A stretch of 64,000 nt of DNA from positions 275 through 64,274 of the forward strand of contig SUUR01000007.1 in NCBI GenBank assembly GCA_015062435.1, written 5' to 3'. A program made the position numbers and the translations under genes. This document shows, piece after piece, positions 1 to 9,325 of the stretch. Source of the stretch: Alphaproteobacteria bacterium (GTDB lineage Bacteria > Pseudomonadota > Alphaproteobacteria > RF32 > CAG-239). The notes below the pieces were generated by a model, which was not told the DNA's origin, did no database searches, and saw nothing but the letters and a program-made list of their open reading frames with translations. Positions within the stretch are counted from its first letter, which is position 1, and each line of letters starts with the position of its first letter.

Positions 1-14
1 AGTGAGGCGCTGAT

Positions 15-257
15 TTGACTACCAGTGAAAGGCAGACGGGAGTTTATGGCAATAATCGACCTGATATTGTAGTAGATAATGTAATAATCAATGGAGATTG
101 GGGAGATTTTGACAATTACAAACAAAAATTTGAAACCGATGAGGATTTTATCTTAATAAAGATGAAAGGATTGTTTGTTTTTCTATATGATAACGACACA
201 AGAAGCTGTTTATCTGAGTTTTGTATGCTCCATAAACAGCTTCTTTGTGCTTTATAA
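15..257 (+). CDS. hypothetical protein (doubtful ORF)
   Basis: ORF track only. TTG start without an obvious RBS and no motif I recognise. The last ~20 codons lie inside a 14-bp-stem inverted repeat, so it may be a gene remnant or non-coding. Confidence 0.2.
   Translation: MTTSERQTGVYGNNRPDIVVDNVIINGDWGDFDNYKQKFETDEDFILIKMKGLFVFLYDNDTRSCLSEFCMLHKQLLCAL
200..245 (+). other. long inverted repeat (hairpin)
   Basis: AAGAAGCTGTTTAT (200-213) is the exact reverse complement of ATAAACAGCTTCTT (232-245), with an 18-nt loop. There is no clean U-tract, so a terminator role is uncertain. Confidence 0.4.
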
Positions 258-360
258 AAAACTTACAAATTATTATAACTGTTTACAGTAGATTACGGTG
301 TTTATGCTTACTATTTGCTCACCGGTAAAATCAAAGAGTGAAAAACACAAAATGCTCAGA

Positions 361-388
361 TACAACAAAACCCTAGATTTCTCTAGGG
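361..388 (-). terminator. rho-independent terminator after tRNA-Phe
   Basis: CCCTAGA-TTTC-TCTAGGG hairpin (371-388) immediately 3' of the tRNA on the minus strand, followed by UUUUGUUGU. Confidence 0.55.
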
Positions 389-395
389 TTTGAAA

Positions 396-471
<76 letters not shown>

Positions 472-487
472 ATCAATCACGAAAAGT

Positions 488-516
488 CTTATAACGTATA
501 TTTTTTTAGTTGTCCA
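488..516 (-). promoter_or_regulatory. candidate sigma-70 promoter for tRNA-Phe
   Basis: Minus strand reads TGGACA - 17 nt - TATAAG. The -10 element ends ~15 nt upstream of tRNA position 1. Confidence 0.35.
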
Positions 517-564
517 GTAAAATTTACACTATGGATAACTTTTTTGCAAATAATGATAAAAGAT

Positions 565-603
565 ACAACAAAAGCGTTTCCTTATCTATGGAAACGCTTT
601 TTA
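565..603. terminator. hairpin terminator downstream of the 617..1648 gene
   Basis: AAAGCGTTTCC (571-581) / GGAAACGCTTT (590-600) with an 8-nt loop. T-runs follow the stem on both strands. Confidence 0.6.
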
Positions 604-616
604 TCTTGGCTAGCCT

Positions 617-1648
617 CTACAAACCCAATAACATTTTTTTCAATGTAGGGTTGGCGGCTATTAACGCCTCTAATTTATCTGATAGCTGAGCCCCAACTAA
701 TTGGTTTTGGATAATTGTATCCGCCAATTTTGCGTGCTGGGGACTGTAACCAACCTGTGATAGGTGGTGGAATACAGCATTATCAGATATTTTTTTACCC
801 TCACTAGCCAATATTTTATACTGGTGAAGGTTTAGCTCTTTTTCTGCTTCCACACAAAGTTCTGTGCTTTTGCAGAATTCACGCCACACTTGTGAAGCTT
901 GTGCGTCTTTTGTGGCTTTTACAACTTGTGTTTGTTCAAACACAATCAGTGCTTTTTTTACACAAGGCTGTAAAGAGCTGTTTTTCTTTGAGAACAGGGA
1001 GGCCACCAACTTTGGAGATAGCCCTTTTGTTCTCACCTGTTTCAAAAATATATCTCGGACATTAAAGTCCTGTGATTTCAAAAGCAAAATAGCTTTTTCA
1101 TCACTGAGAGTGTACTTCGCAATATGTCTTTCTATTGCTACATATTTTCTTGAGTGTACCAACCACTCAAACTGACTGGTAGTCAATTTTTTTGTACATA
1201 ATATGTCGCAATATGTTCTCATATCCCAAAGCATGTCAAATGCTTCAGGAGAGAGTGTGTCTAAGTCAACCTCATCAGGGTACTCCTTAAAGAGTTTGAC
1301 CTCTTTTTTAGGAGATCTGATGAGCCACTCCTCTTGCAGTTCCAAAGCAATCTTTTTCTTGCTTATCCAAGGTAAGATGTAGAACACAATTTTCAAATTT
1401 ATAAATTTGAAAATTTGGAAAATGATTGTTGATGGCAACCATTTTGGAGTGTCGTAGTCTTTTAGTAATGACCCGAAAAACCTCGGCCAGATCAATGCCA
1501 AGATAAACCACATCACTGGGTTTAGTAGCAACACTACTAAAATGATTGTTGCCACCTCTTTTAGAGCCGCCAATATAAAGGCTCCAATTGCATAAAGGCA
1601 AAATAGAGCATTTTCTCCTAGTTTTGCCCAAAAACTTTTTCTTCCCAT
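617..1648 (-). CDS. hypothetical membrane protein with C-terminal helical repeats
   Basis: 343-aa ORF. The N-terminal ~100 aa contain 2-3 hydrophobic segments (LFCLYAIGAFILAAL, IILVVLLLNPVMWFILALIW). The remainder shows recurring L[ST]xxxxxxL helix starts (LSPEAFDML, LTTSQFEWL, LSDEKAILLL, LSPKLVASLF, LSDKLEALIA). No family recognised. Confidence 0.6.
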   Translation of the reverse strand: MGRKSFWAKLGENALFCLYAIGAFILAALKEVATIILVVLLLNPVMWFILALIWPRFFGSLLKDYDTPKWLPSTIIFQIFKFINLKIVFYILPWISKKKIALELQEEWLIRSPKKEVKLFKEYPDEVDLDTLSPEAFDMLWDMRTYCDILCTKKLTTSQFEWLVHSRKYVAIERHIAKYTLSDEKAILLLKSQDFNVRDIFLKQVRTKGLSPKLVASLFSKKNSSLQPCVKKALIVFEQTQVVKATKDAQASQVWREFCKSTELCVEAEKELNLHQYKILASEGKKISDNAVFHHLSQVGYSPQHAKLADTIIQNQLVGAQLSDKLEALIAANPTLKKMLLGL

Positions 1649-2008
1649 AATAAAAATTTTTTTAATGGGTTCGCCTCAAAGGTTATAATTGAAGCCTAAA
1701 TCATAATTTGTCCGATAACCTACCGTAATTTACACAGTCGAACAAAGGACTCTTTCAGATTCTATTTTTAAGTTTTTTGCAATCTTTTCTAAAGAGCACG
1801 TTATAAACACTCGTTAGCCATAAATTGTTTTTTACCTAATAAATACATAATCCTTAAATATCCGATAACAAACATAACATAAAACTAATATTGTTGCAAG
1901 ACAAAATTTTTGTCAAAAAAATAATTTAAATTTTTTGATGCAAAATAAAAAAAACTAAATTATGATTTTAAACCTAAAAGTAATAATTATTTGAAAAGGA
2001 GAACCATA

Positions 2009-2353
2009 ATGAACAAATTGCTCTCTACCTCTGTCTTAGGCTTGGTTGCCGGATTTTCTTTTAGTGCGATGGCTGCATTTCACGGTCCGGAAAGTGGAGT
2101 AACCACAGTTGCAGAAGCCCTCAAAATGAGAGATGATTCCCCTGTTGTACTTACCGGTCAAATTGAAAAAAGCTTAGGTAACGAAAAGTACCAGTTTAAA
2201 GATGCAACCGGTACCGTTATAATTGATATTGATAATGAAGACTGGAGAGGAGTAGATGTTACTCCTGCGGATACTATAACGATTCGTGGTGAAGTTGATA
2301 AAGAAATGTTTACTACCGAGATTGATGTTGATTCGGTTGAACTGAAAAATTAG
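2009..2353 (+). CDS. YgiW/YdeI (BOF) family periplasmic OB-fold protein
   Basis: Signal peptide MNKLLSTSVLGLVAGFSFSAMA. Family-typical TVAEALKMRDDSPVVLTGQIEKSLGNEKYQFKDATGTVIIDIDNEDW...IRGEVDKE. I chose the ATG at 2009, preceded by AAAGGAGA, rather than the TTG at 1991. Confidence 0.8.
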   Translation: MNKLLSTSVLGLVAGFSFSAMAAFHGPESGVTTVAEALKMRDDSPVVLTGQIEKSLGNEKYQFKDATGTVIIDIDNEDWRGVDVTPADTITIRGEVDKEMFTTEIDVDSVELKN

Positions 2354-2394
2354 AACTAAAAAATAATTTAATAATAATTTTGGGGTTGTTGATG

Positions 2395-2865
2395 CTAGTT
2401 AAGTACAGCAACCCCAAAACTTAAATAAGTGGCAAAAATCAGCCATAACATATATGGAATTTGTAGAGTTGCAGCAACTTTACTTATAAAAGAAAATCTG
2501 ATTATCATACCGATAACCATTGCAGTTAACAACAATGCTAACCATGCTCCAACCCAATAATATCCTAATCCAAAAAATATCGGGCTCCATAGGTAATTTA
2601 AAGCTAGCTGAATAGAGTAGGGTCGTAAAAAGTAGTTGGGATTATTTTTATTTTTAACCGCTTTAGTATAAACCATCCATGAGCTGATGCCCATAAGCAG
2701 ATATAAAATTGTCCACACAATTGGGAAGACCATTCCTGGCGGACTAAAATCAGGTTGAACAATAGATTTATAGTGTACGGCAATATCTCCGGAGACAAAA
2801 CCGGAAATTTTACCGCCGATTAACGGTAATGCTACAAATAGCAAAAATATTACAGATTTTTTCAT
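2395..2865 (-). CDS. tspO: TspO/MBR family tryptophan-rich sensory protein
   Basis: 156 aa with five hydrophobic helices. Motifs PPGMVFPIVWTILYLLMGISSW and LNYLWSPIFFG are typical of TspO. Confidence 0.85.
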   Translation of the reverse strand: MKKSVIFLLFVALPLIGGKISGFVSGDIAVHYKSIVQPDFSPPGMVFPIVWTILYLLMGISSWMVYTKAVKNKNNPNYFLRPYSIQLALNYLWSPIFFGLGYYWVGAWLALLLTAMVIGMIIRFSFISKVAATLQIPYMLWLIFATYLSFGVAVLN

Positions 2866-2917
2866 CTTACTTCTCCTTCTGCATAAATATAATCACTAAA
2901 AATCACAAAAAAAGAGA

Positions 2918-2962
2918 AAAACGCAAAACAAAACTCCGCATCTCATTTAAGAAAATGCGGAG
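2918..2962 (-). terminator. rho-independent terminator of the FadL-family gene
   Basis: CTCCGCAT (2934-2941) / ATGCGGAG (2955-2962). On the minus strand it is followed by UUUUGUUUUGCGUUUUU. Confidence 0.65.
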
Positions 2963-2984
2963 CTTTGCCTTGTGTGAAAAATTT

Positions 2985-4253
2985 TTAGAAATCGTATTGG
3001 AAGCCTAAGCCGAACATATTACTATATGCTCTGTACTTGGTATCATAATCTCCGTTTACACTATCTCTGATATGAGATTTTTTCATAAACAAATGAGCAT
3101 ACCCCAAATCAAACTGCATATTATCATAACGATAACTAAGTCCGGCAGAAGCCCAAATTCTATCAGAATCAGGGATTCTATGAGTCCGATGCTGATTATC
3201 CGGAGTTGGTGACTGATCCCATGCCGTACCTAAACGTAAAGTCCAGTTGTTATTAAGATAATATTCCATACCGGCAGAAATTGTCCAAGTATCTTCCCAA
3301 GAATAATCAACCGGTTTTAATCTCAAAGTATTTGTAAAACTTGACGTCATATCAAAATCTTTGAAAGAATCACCCCAGCGTGTGAAACGAGCTGAAGCTG
3401 TAAATGCCACTTTTTCAAAAGGTTTATGATATGCTGATAATAAAACGGTTTCCGGTAAATCAGGAGATGCTTTTCCGTCAGGATATATTCCTCCTAACAT
3501 TCCAAGCATTGGAACCATAGATACATATGTCGGATCAAAATTAACCGTATGATCTCCTTTAACTCTTTGTACTGATTTTGGTTTATAAGATAAACCTAGA
3601 CGAGTATTCTCGTTATGCTCATACATAACACCTAAAATTCCGGTATATGTCCATCCGTCTAATTCAAATTTACTGTTTCCGATAGTTGTATTCAGAGCCG
3701 GATGAAAAGATGCTCCATTAATATTATTTGTCATTTTGCCATAGATATAGCGGGCCACAAAGCTGGCACCGAAAGACCACTTAGAATTTAACTTATATGC
3801 TGCAGAAACATTATAATCAATTACCTCTAAAATTGATTTTTTAGCTTTATCGGCAATAAAACTGCTATTTTTATATTTTGTAGCCAAACCATAAGGAGCA
3901 TAAACACCGGCACCGACAAACCATTTATCATTAACTTGATACTGTCCATACACAGATGGCAACGGCACCCCAAAATCCATTTCTGTTTGTTTGCCCTGTT
4001 TATCATTTTGCCCTTTCATTTCTGATGCAACTTCAGCAACCGTAAAACTCAATTGCGCACCTGATTTCTTTAAGGTCATTCCGGCAGGGTTATAAGCAAT
4101 CGCCGAATAATCATCACCAACCACACCGGCACCGGCAAAAGAACGTCCCAAATTAGTAATAGAATATTCATTAAGTTGATAACCCGAAGCGTTGGCAGAT
4201 ACACTCCAAACACAAGTTGCACATAAAGCAGTTGTTGCTAAAAGTTTTTTCAT
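2985..4253 (-). CDS. outer-membrane long-chain fatty acid / hydrophobic compound transporter (OMPP1/FadL/TodX family)
   Basis: Signal peptide. N-terminal GYQLNEYSITNLGRSFAGAGVVGDDYSAIAYNPAGM hatch motif, beta-barrel-like alternation, C-terminal aromatic residue (F). Confidence 0.85.
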   Translation of the reverse strand: MKKLLATTALCATCVWSVSANASGYQLNEYSITNLGRSFAGAGVVGDDYSAIAYNPAGMTLKKSGAQLSFTVAEVASEMKGQNDKQGKQTEMDFGVPLPSVYGQYQVNDKWFVGAGVYAPYGLATKYKNSSFIADKAKKSILEVIDYNVSAAYKLNSKWSFGASFVARYIYGKMTNNINGASFHPALNTTIGNSKFELDGWTYTGILGVMYEHNENTRLGLSYKPKSVQRVKGDHTVNFDPTYVSMVPMLGMLGGIYPDGKASPDLPETVLLSAYHKPFEKVAFTASARFTRWGDSFKDFDMTSSFTNTLRLKPVDYSWEDTWTISAGMEYYLNNNWTLRLGTAWDQSPTPDNQHRTHRIPDSDRIWASAGLSYRYDNMQFDLGYAHLFMKKSHIRDSVNGDYDTKYRAYSNMFGLGFQYDF

Positions 4254-4400
4254 TTTATATACATCCCTAGTTATTAAGTTTAAATTTATTGTTGATTAAT
4301 TGGTAAAACTTTTGCTATAAAATGTAAAGTAAGCACTTGAAAGTGCTATAGTTTCTCGAAAGATACTATTGATAGAAACAATCACTTAGGAGAGAGCCTT

Positions 4401-4742
4401 ATGATTGATGATGTGCAAAAATACATGACCGAAATTACCGCAAAAATTTTAGGGGATCGATGGAAATTGCAGATTCTCCAAAATCTTATGGATGGCACTA
4501 AACGTTTCGGCGAGTTGAAGAAATCTTTAGGCGACATCACTCAAAAAGTTCTTACTTCTAATTTACGTGCGCTGGAAGAAAAAGGTTTGCTTATCAGAGA
4601 AGTTTATGCTCAAATCCCACCTCGTGTAGAATATACCTTAACTGCAGTTGGTTATAGCTTAAGACCGGTTTTAGAATCTTTAATGGCTTGGGGAGCGGAA
4701 TATAGAGAGAATATGTTACTCGGGATAGAAAATCTATCTTAG
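4401..4742 (+). CDS. HxlR-family winged-helix transcriptional regulator
   Basis: RWKLQILQNLMDGTKRFGELKKSLGDITQKVLTSNLRALEEKGLLIREVYAQIPPRVEYTLT matches the HxlR signature. Confidence 0.85.
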   Translation: MIDDVQKYMTEITAKILGDRWKLQILQNLMDGTKRFGELKKSLGDITQKVLTSNLRALEEKGLLIREVYAQIPPRVEYTLTAVGYSLRPVLESLMAWGAEYRENMLLGIENLS

Positions 4743-4874
4743 TGATTATTTTTTAGGGCTGAAATTACCCGCTCTTTTTTATATTTCTAGTTTTTGATTA
4801 AAGAGGCTCCGTGTTTTTCCATTTCTTGACATGCACAATGCTTTAACTTAATCATTAATGCCCAATAGTGAACG

Positions 4875-4899
4875 AAAAAAGGGCTTGCGATGCAAGCCC
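4875..4899 (-). terminator. rho-independent terminator of thrS
   Basis: GGGCTTGC-GATG-GCAAGCCC hairpin (4881-4899), followed on the minus strand by UUUUUU. Confidence 0.75.
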
Positions 4900-4912
4900 T
4901 CGAGTTACTCTC

Positions 4913-6838
4913 TTATCTGTCCTGACTTGGCATTTTGGCTTCTTCAACCATTTTTGCAATAAAGTCATCTAAAGCTATAACTTCTTGCTTATCAGAACCC
5001 AGACGACGTAAAGTTACTGTACGATTTTCTCTTTCTTTTGCACCGACTACGGCGATTACCGGAATTTTTGCAACAGAATGTTCACGAACTTTATAATTAA
5101 TTTTTTCGTTTCTTAAATCTGTTTTTGCGTATATGCCGGATTTACGAAGCAAAGAAGCAACTTCTTCGGCATAATCATCAAATTCACTCACAATCGGAGC
5201 AACCACAACTTGTTCCGGAGACAACCATAAAGGTAATTTACCTGCATGGTGCTCAATCAATATTCCCAAGAAACGTTCGATTGATCCGAACAAAGCTCGG
5301 TGCAACATCACCGGTTGATGTTTTTCACCATCTTCACCGATATAGCTGATATCAAAACGTTGAGGCAAGTTCATATCTACTTGGATTGTACCGCACTGCC
5401 ACTCACGTCCGATAGCATCTTTTAGAATAAATTCCAATTTAGGTCCATAAAATGCACCTTCACCTTCATTGATTTCAAATTCGTATCCATGATTAGTTAA
5501 TGCGTTTGCCAAAGATTTTTCACACAAATCCCAAATCTCATCTGAACCGATTCTTTTTTCCGGACGAGTTGATAAATAAATTTTCACACTATCAAAGCCA
5601 AAATCTTTATAAATATCAAATATCAACTTTAATGTGGTGATACATTCTTCTTCCATTTGTTCAGGTGTGCAAAAGATATGAGCATCATCTTGAGTAAACT
5701 CACGTACACGCATTAACCCCATCAAAGAGCCAGAAGCTTCATAGCGGTTTACTTTGCCAAACTCAGCCATTCTTAATGGCAAATCTCTGTATGAACGAAT
5801 TCCTTGCTTATAAACCAATAATCCGCCGGGACAGTTCATTGGTTTTATACAGAACCATTTTTCATCTTCTGTTTGACCGGAATAATTATGTGCTCCATAT
5901 TTTTCCCAGTGTCCTGATGTTTCCCACAAACATCTATCCATAACTCTTGGGGTGTTTATTTCTATATATCCGTTGTTTTCTTGACGTTTGCGCATATATT
6001 CAATTAACTTACGATAAATTTTATATCCTTTATCATGCCAGAAAACTGCACCAGGTGCATATTCCGGTTCAAAATGAAACAAATCCATTTCTCTGCCGAG
6101 TTTTCGATGATCTCTTTTGGCCGCTTCTTCTAACATTTGCAAATATGCATCTAAATCTTTTTTGTTTGTCCAAGCCGTAGCGTAGATTCTTTGCAACATT
6201 TCTTTAGTAGAATCACCACGCCAATAAGCACCGGCCACTTTCATTAATTTAAAAGCATCACCAACTTTTCCGGTTGATGGCACGTGAGGGCCACGACACA
6301 AATCGGTGAAGTTTCCTTGAGTATACAAAGAAATTGTTTCAGTTTCCGGCAAATCTTCAATAATTTCAGCCTTATAGTTTTCACCCATATCTTTAAAAAA
6401 TTTGATAGCTTCATTTCTGGGCAAAACCTTACGAGTAACTTTTTCATCACGCTTAACAATCTCATGCATTTTTTCTTCGATTTTAGCAAAATCTTCAGTT
6501 GTGAAAGGTTCTTTGCGTGCAAAATCATAATAAAATCCGTTATCAATGGCCGGCCCGATAGTAACTTGAACGTTTGGCCACAATTCTTTAACAGCTTCAG
6601 CCATAATATGAGAGCAAGAGTGACGGATAATATGTAACCCTTCTGCATCTTTACCGGTGATAATTGTTACGGTTGCGTCGGTAGTGATGGGAGTAGTTAA
6701 ATCTTGTAGAGTACCGTTAACTTTAACAGCAATAGCGGCTTTAGCTAAGCCGGAACTGATTTTATCAGCGATGTCTGAACCGCAAACACCACTTTCCATA
6801 TCCATTACACTGCCATCAGGCAATTTAATCGCAACCAT
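4913..6838 (-). CDS. thrS: threonine--tRNA ligase
   Basis: 641 aa. TGS N-terminus, editing-domain HSCSHIMAEAV, class II core (RVREFTQDDAHIF, GAFYGPK), anticodon-binding C-terminus. Confidence 0.97.
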   Translation of the reverse strand: MVAIKLPDGSVMDMESGVCGSDIADKISSGLAKAAIAVKVNGTLQDLTTPITTDATVTIITGKDAEGLHIIRHSCSHIMAEAVKELWPNVQVTIGPAIDNGFYYDFARKEPFTTEDFAKIEEKMHEIVKRDEKVTRKVLPRNEAIKFFKDMGENYKAEIIEDLPETETISLYTQGNFTDLCRGPHVPSTGKVGDAFKLMKVAGAYWRGDSTKEMLQRIYATAWTNKKDLDAYLQMLEEAAKRDHRKLGREMDLFHFEPEYAPGAVFWHDKGYKIYRKLIEYMRKRQENNGYIEINTPRVMDRCLWETSGHWEKYGAHNYSGQTEDEKWFCIKPMNCPGGLLVYKQGIRSYRDLPLRMAEFGKVNRYEASGSLMGLMRVREFTQDDAHIFCTPEQMEEECITTLKLIFDIYKDFGFDSVKIYLSTRPEKRIGSDEIWDLCEKSLANALTNHGYEFEINEGEGAFYGPKLEFILKDAIGREWQCGTIQVDMNLPQRFDISYIGEDGEKHQPVMLHRALFGSIERFLGILIEHHAGKLPLWLSPEQVVVAPIVSEFDDYAEEVASLLRKSGIYAKTDLRNEKINYKVREHSVAKIPVIAVVGAKERENRTVTLRRLGSDKQEVIALDDFIAKMVEEAKMPSQDR

Positions 6839-6852
6839 ATTAAAATTCCTTT

Positions 6853-8022
6853 TTATTTATTATAATTTACCTCATCTTCCGCTAATTCACGGTAGATTTG
6901 GATAGTTTTATCACACATAATTTGTTTTGTGAAGTTTTCTTTTGCATTTTTTTGAGCTTCTGTCGCAATTTTTTTCTTTTCCTCATCACTTAGTTTCAAA
7001 GCCCAATCAAGAGCCTTAGCCAGAGATTCGGCATTTCCGCTCTCAAATAGTTTGCCGGTAACTCCGTCTTTGATGGTATCTAACGATCCGCCGATATTAG
7101 ATGCTACAACAATTTTTCCCATAGCTTGCCCTTCAACGGAGATTCTTCCGAAAGCTTCTGGTTCGATAGCGGTAGAGAGCACAATGGTAGAGGCCTGCAT
7201 TAAAGCCTGAGGGTCAAGCACTTTTCCATAAAAACCGATTCTGTTTTTAAGGCGATATTTTTGTGCCAGTTCTTTAATCTCCTCAACATAGTTAAGCCGT
7301 CCTTGGTCGTCTCCGGCAATAACACAATAATAATTTTTATTTTTCATTTTAGAAAGGGCTTCTACTAAAAGGTGCTGACCTTTCCAACGTGTAATTCTAC
7401 CGATTAAGGTTAATACCGGTTTTTCTTCAGGCAAATTATATTCATTAGAAGCTTTTATAATTCTTTCCTGAGAAACCAGTTCCGGATTAAATTTTTCAAT
7501 ATCCACACATCTGTGAACCAAACGTAATTTATTTTCATCAACTTTATAATTTTTCAAAACGTGATTTTTGATATGATTAGATATAACAATCACTCTTTCA
7601 CCCAGTGTCATTATTTTATTATAAAATTTTTTGATACCGCAAGGACCTAAACCGTATGTACCATGAAATGTTGTCATATAGTGCACACCGGCTTTTTGGG
7701 CTGCCCAATAAGCACTCCAAGCCGGAGCTCTAGAACGAGCATGAACAATATTAATGCCGTTTTCTTTGATAAATTTTGCCAATTCATTTGCATTTTTGCG
7801 CATTTTAAAAATATTTTTTGTTTTGAGAGGCAGCGTCAAATGCTTAACTTTCATTTTGCTTAATTCTTTAGTTAAGCGTCCACCTTGAGAAGCTACAAAA
7901 TTTTTAATTCCTTGTTTTTGGAGTTCCGAAGCAATTTCAATGGTTCCCAATTCCACTCCGCCCATTTCCAATTCAGGTAACACTTGTAGAACAACAGGTT
8001 CGGCTATTTTTGTTTTTGGCAT
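6853..8022 (-). CDS. glycosyltransferase family 4 (GT-B, group 1)
   Basis: C-terminal EPEAFGRISVEGQAMGKIVVASNIGGSLDTIKDGVTGKL is the E-x7-E GT1/GT4 motif. Lies 14 nt upstream of thrS on the same strand. Confidence 0.8.
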   Translation of the reverse strand: MPKTKIAEPVVLQVLPELEMGGVELGTIEIASELQKQGIKNFVASQGGRLTKELSKMKVKHLTLPLKTKNIFKMRKNANELAKFIKENGINIVHARSRAPAWSAYWAAQKAGVHYMTTFHGTYGLGPCGIKKFYNKIMTLGERVIVISNHIKNHVLKNYKVDENKLRLVHRCVDIEKFNPELVSQERIIKASNEYNLPEEKPVLTLIGRITRWKGQHLLVEALSKMKNKNYYCVIAGDDQGRLNYVEEIKELAQKYRLKNRIGFYGKVLDPQALMQASTIVLSTAIEPEAFGRISVEGQAMGKIVVASNIGGSLDTIKDGVTGKLFESGNAESLAKALDWALKLSDEEKKKIATEAQKNAKENFTKQIMCDKTIQIYRELAEDEVNYNK

Positions 8023-8182
8023 TTTCTTTGTCCTTTTAAATATCTAAAAAAACCAAGATAAGACTATCACATCTTTTTTTATCCTCCAAGCAAAAATAAG
8101 CAAGCATAAACAAGATTAGTAATATTGAATTACCCTCATGCTTTATTATTTAAATTTTGAAATGCTAAATTAGGAGGAAAAG

Positions 8183-9325
8183 ATGCAGGCTTTTATCAAA
8201 AATAAGAAAAATTCTATATTGGGAATTATTTTTGCGGCGACGATTACAGGCATAAGTTTATTTTTTTTATCTGCCAGCCGATTAAATGCAACAACATCGG
8301 TTTCTGATATAAGTCTGAATGTTATTCCTCTGCAATCTAAATCTTCAGATATAACAACCTCTCATATCGGTTATGTAACCCCGATCAAATCGGTCAGCCT
8401 GATACCTAATGTTAGCGGTTATATTCAAGATATTTTTGTAAGCGGAGGCCAGCATGTTAGATATGGAGATAATTTATTACTGATTGATCAACGTCAATAT
8501 AAAGCCTCTCTTGATGCCGCTCAAGCCGATGTAACTAAGGCTCAGGCTGATTTGAACAATGCCGATATTTACTATCGCCGTATTCGTAAAGCCGGTTCAA
8601 AAGCCGTGTCTCAAACAGATCTTGATAATGCCAAAGCTCAATATCTTAGTGCGTTAGGAGTGTTGGAAGCTGCAAAAGCCAATAGAGATAAGGCACAAGT
8701 AATGTACGATTATACAGTGTTGCAAGCTTCAATAGACGGTACTGTCGGAAATGTTGATTTAACGGTAGGTAATTATGTATCTCCTGCATCATCACCTTTG
8801 TTGAGTATTATTCAAACAGATCCGATTCGAGTAGTATTTTCTTTACCGAATAAAGACTATCTGGAAATTAAAAATCGTAATCGAGGACAAGATTTTCTTA
8901 ATGATCAAACGATAACCTTAAAACTTGCTAATGGTAAGGTTTATCCGTTGTCGGGAAAGTTTATGTATACGGATAATGCTATTGATAAGTCTACGGGGTC
9001 AATATCTATTTATGCTGATTTTTCCAATCCTGACAATGAATTGGTGTCTGGAGCTTATGTTGATGTATTATTGAAACGCCATATAAAAGACGGTATTTGG
9101 GTTAAACAAAATCACGTATATCTTACCCCACAGGGAGCATACATTTACATAGTTAAGAACAATAAACTCACCAAGCAATCAGTCAATATTATTAGCGAAT
9201 CAGCTGGAGAATATTTATTAAGCAACACATTTGATGATGAAACATATTTAGTTTTGGATAAAGTCAATGATTCGATGCTTACTAAGAATGTTAAAATAAA
9301 AATCAGTTCGGCGGAGGATAAATAA
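8183..9325 (+). CDS. RND efflux periplasmic adaptor (MFP/HlyD-like) subunit
   Basis: N-terminal TM anchor, lipoyl-like [24 protein letters not shown], coiled-coil hairpin ([17 protein letters not shown]...), [22 protein letters not shown]. Confidence 0.85.
   Translation: MQAFIKNKKNSILGIIFAATITGISLFFLSASRLNATTSVSDISLNVIPLQSKSSDITTSHIGYVTPIKSVSLIPNVSGYIQDIFVSGGQHVRYGDNLLLIDQRQYKASLDAAQADVTKAQADLNNADIYYRRIRKAGSKAVSQTDLDNAKAQYLSALGVLEAAKANRDKAQVMYDYTVLQASIDGTVGNVDLTVGNYVSPASSPLLSIIQTDPIRVVFSLPNKDYLEIKNRNRGQDFLNDQTITLKLANGKVYPLSGKFMYTDNAIDKSTGSISIYADFSNPDNELVSGAYVDVLLKRHIKDGIWVKQNHVYLTPQGAYIYIVKNNKLTKQSVNIISESAGEYLLSNTFDDETYLVLDKVNDSMLTKNVKIKISSAEDK

Noticed and set aside
1711-1869. TCCGATAAC repeated at 1711-1719 and 1861-1869, resembling the sigma-28 -10 element GCCGATAA
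   Set aside because: Upstream TAAA elements are at the wrong spacing (about 10 and 17 nt instead of 15). The downstream gene (ygiW-like) is not flagellar.
2383-2425. GGGGTTG...CAACCCC hairpin between ygiW-like and tspO as a shared terminator
   Set aside because: No U-tract follows the stem on either strand, and one arm lies inside the tspO coding sequence. This is too weak to call.
6244-6648. Overlapping 134-aa (minus) and 117-aa (plus) ORFs inside thrS
   Set aside because: These are shadow ORFs in alternative frames or antisense to a strongly supported thrS. Their products are low-complexity and K/L/F-rich, as expected from AT-rich DNA.
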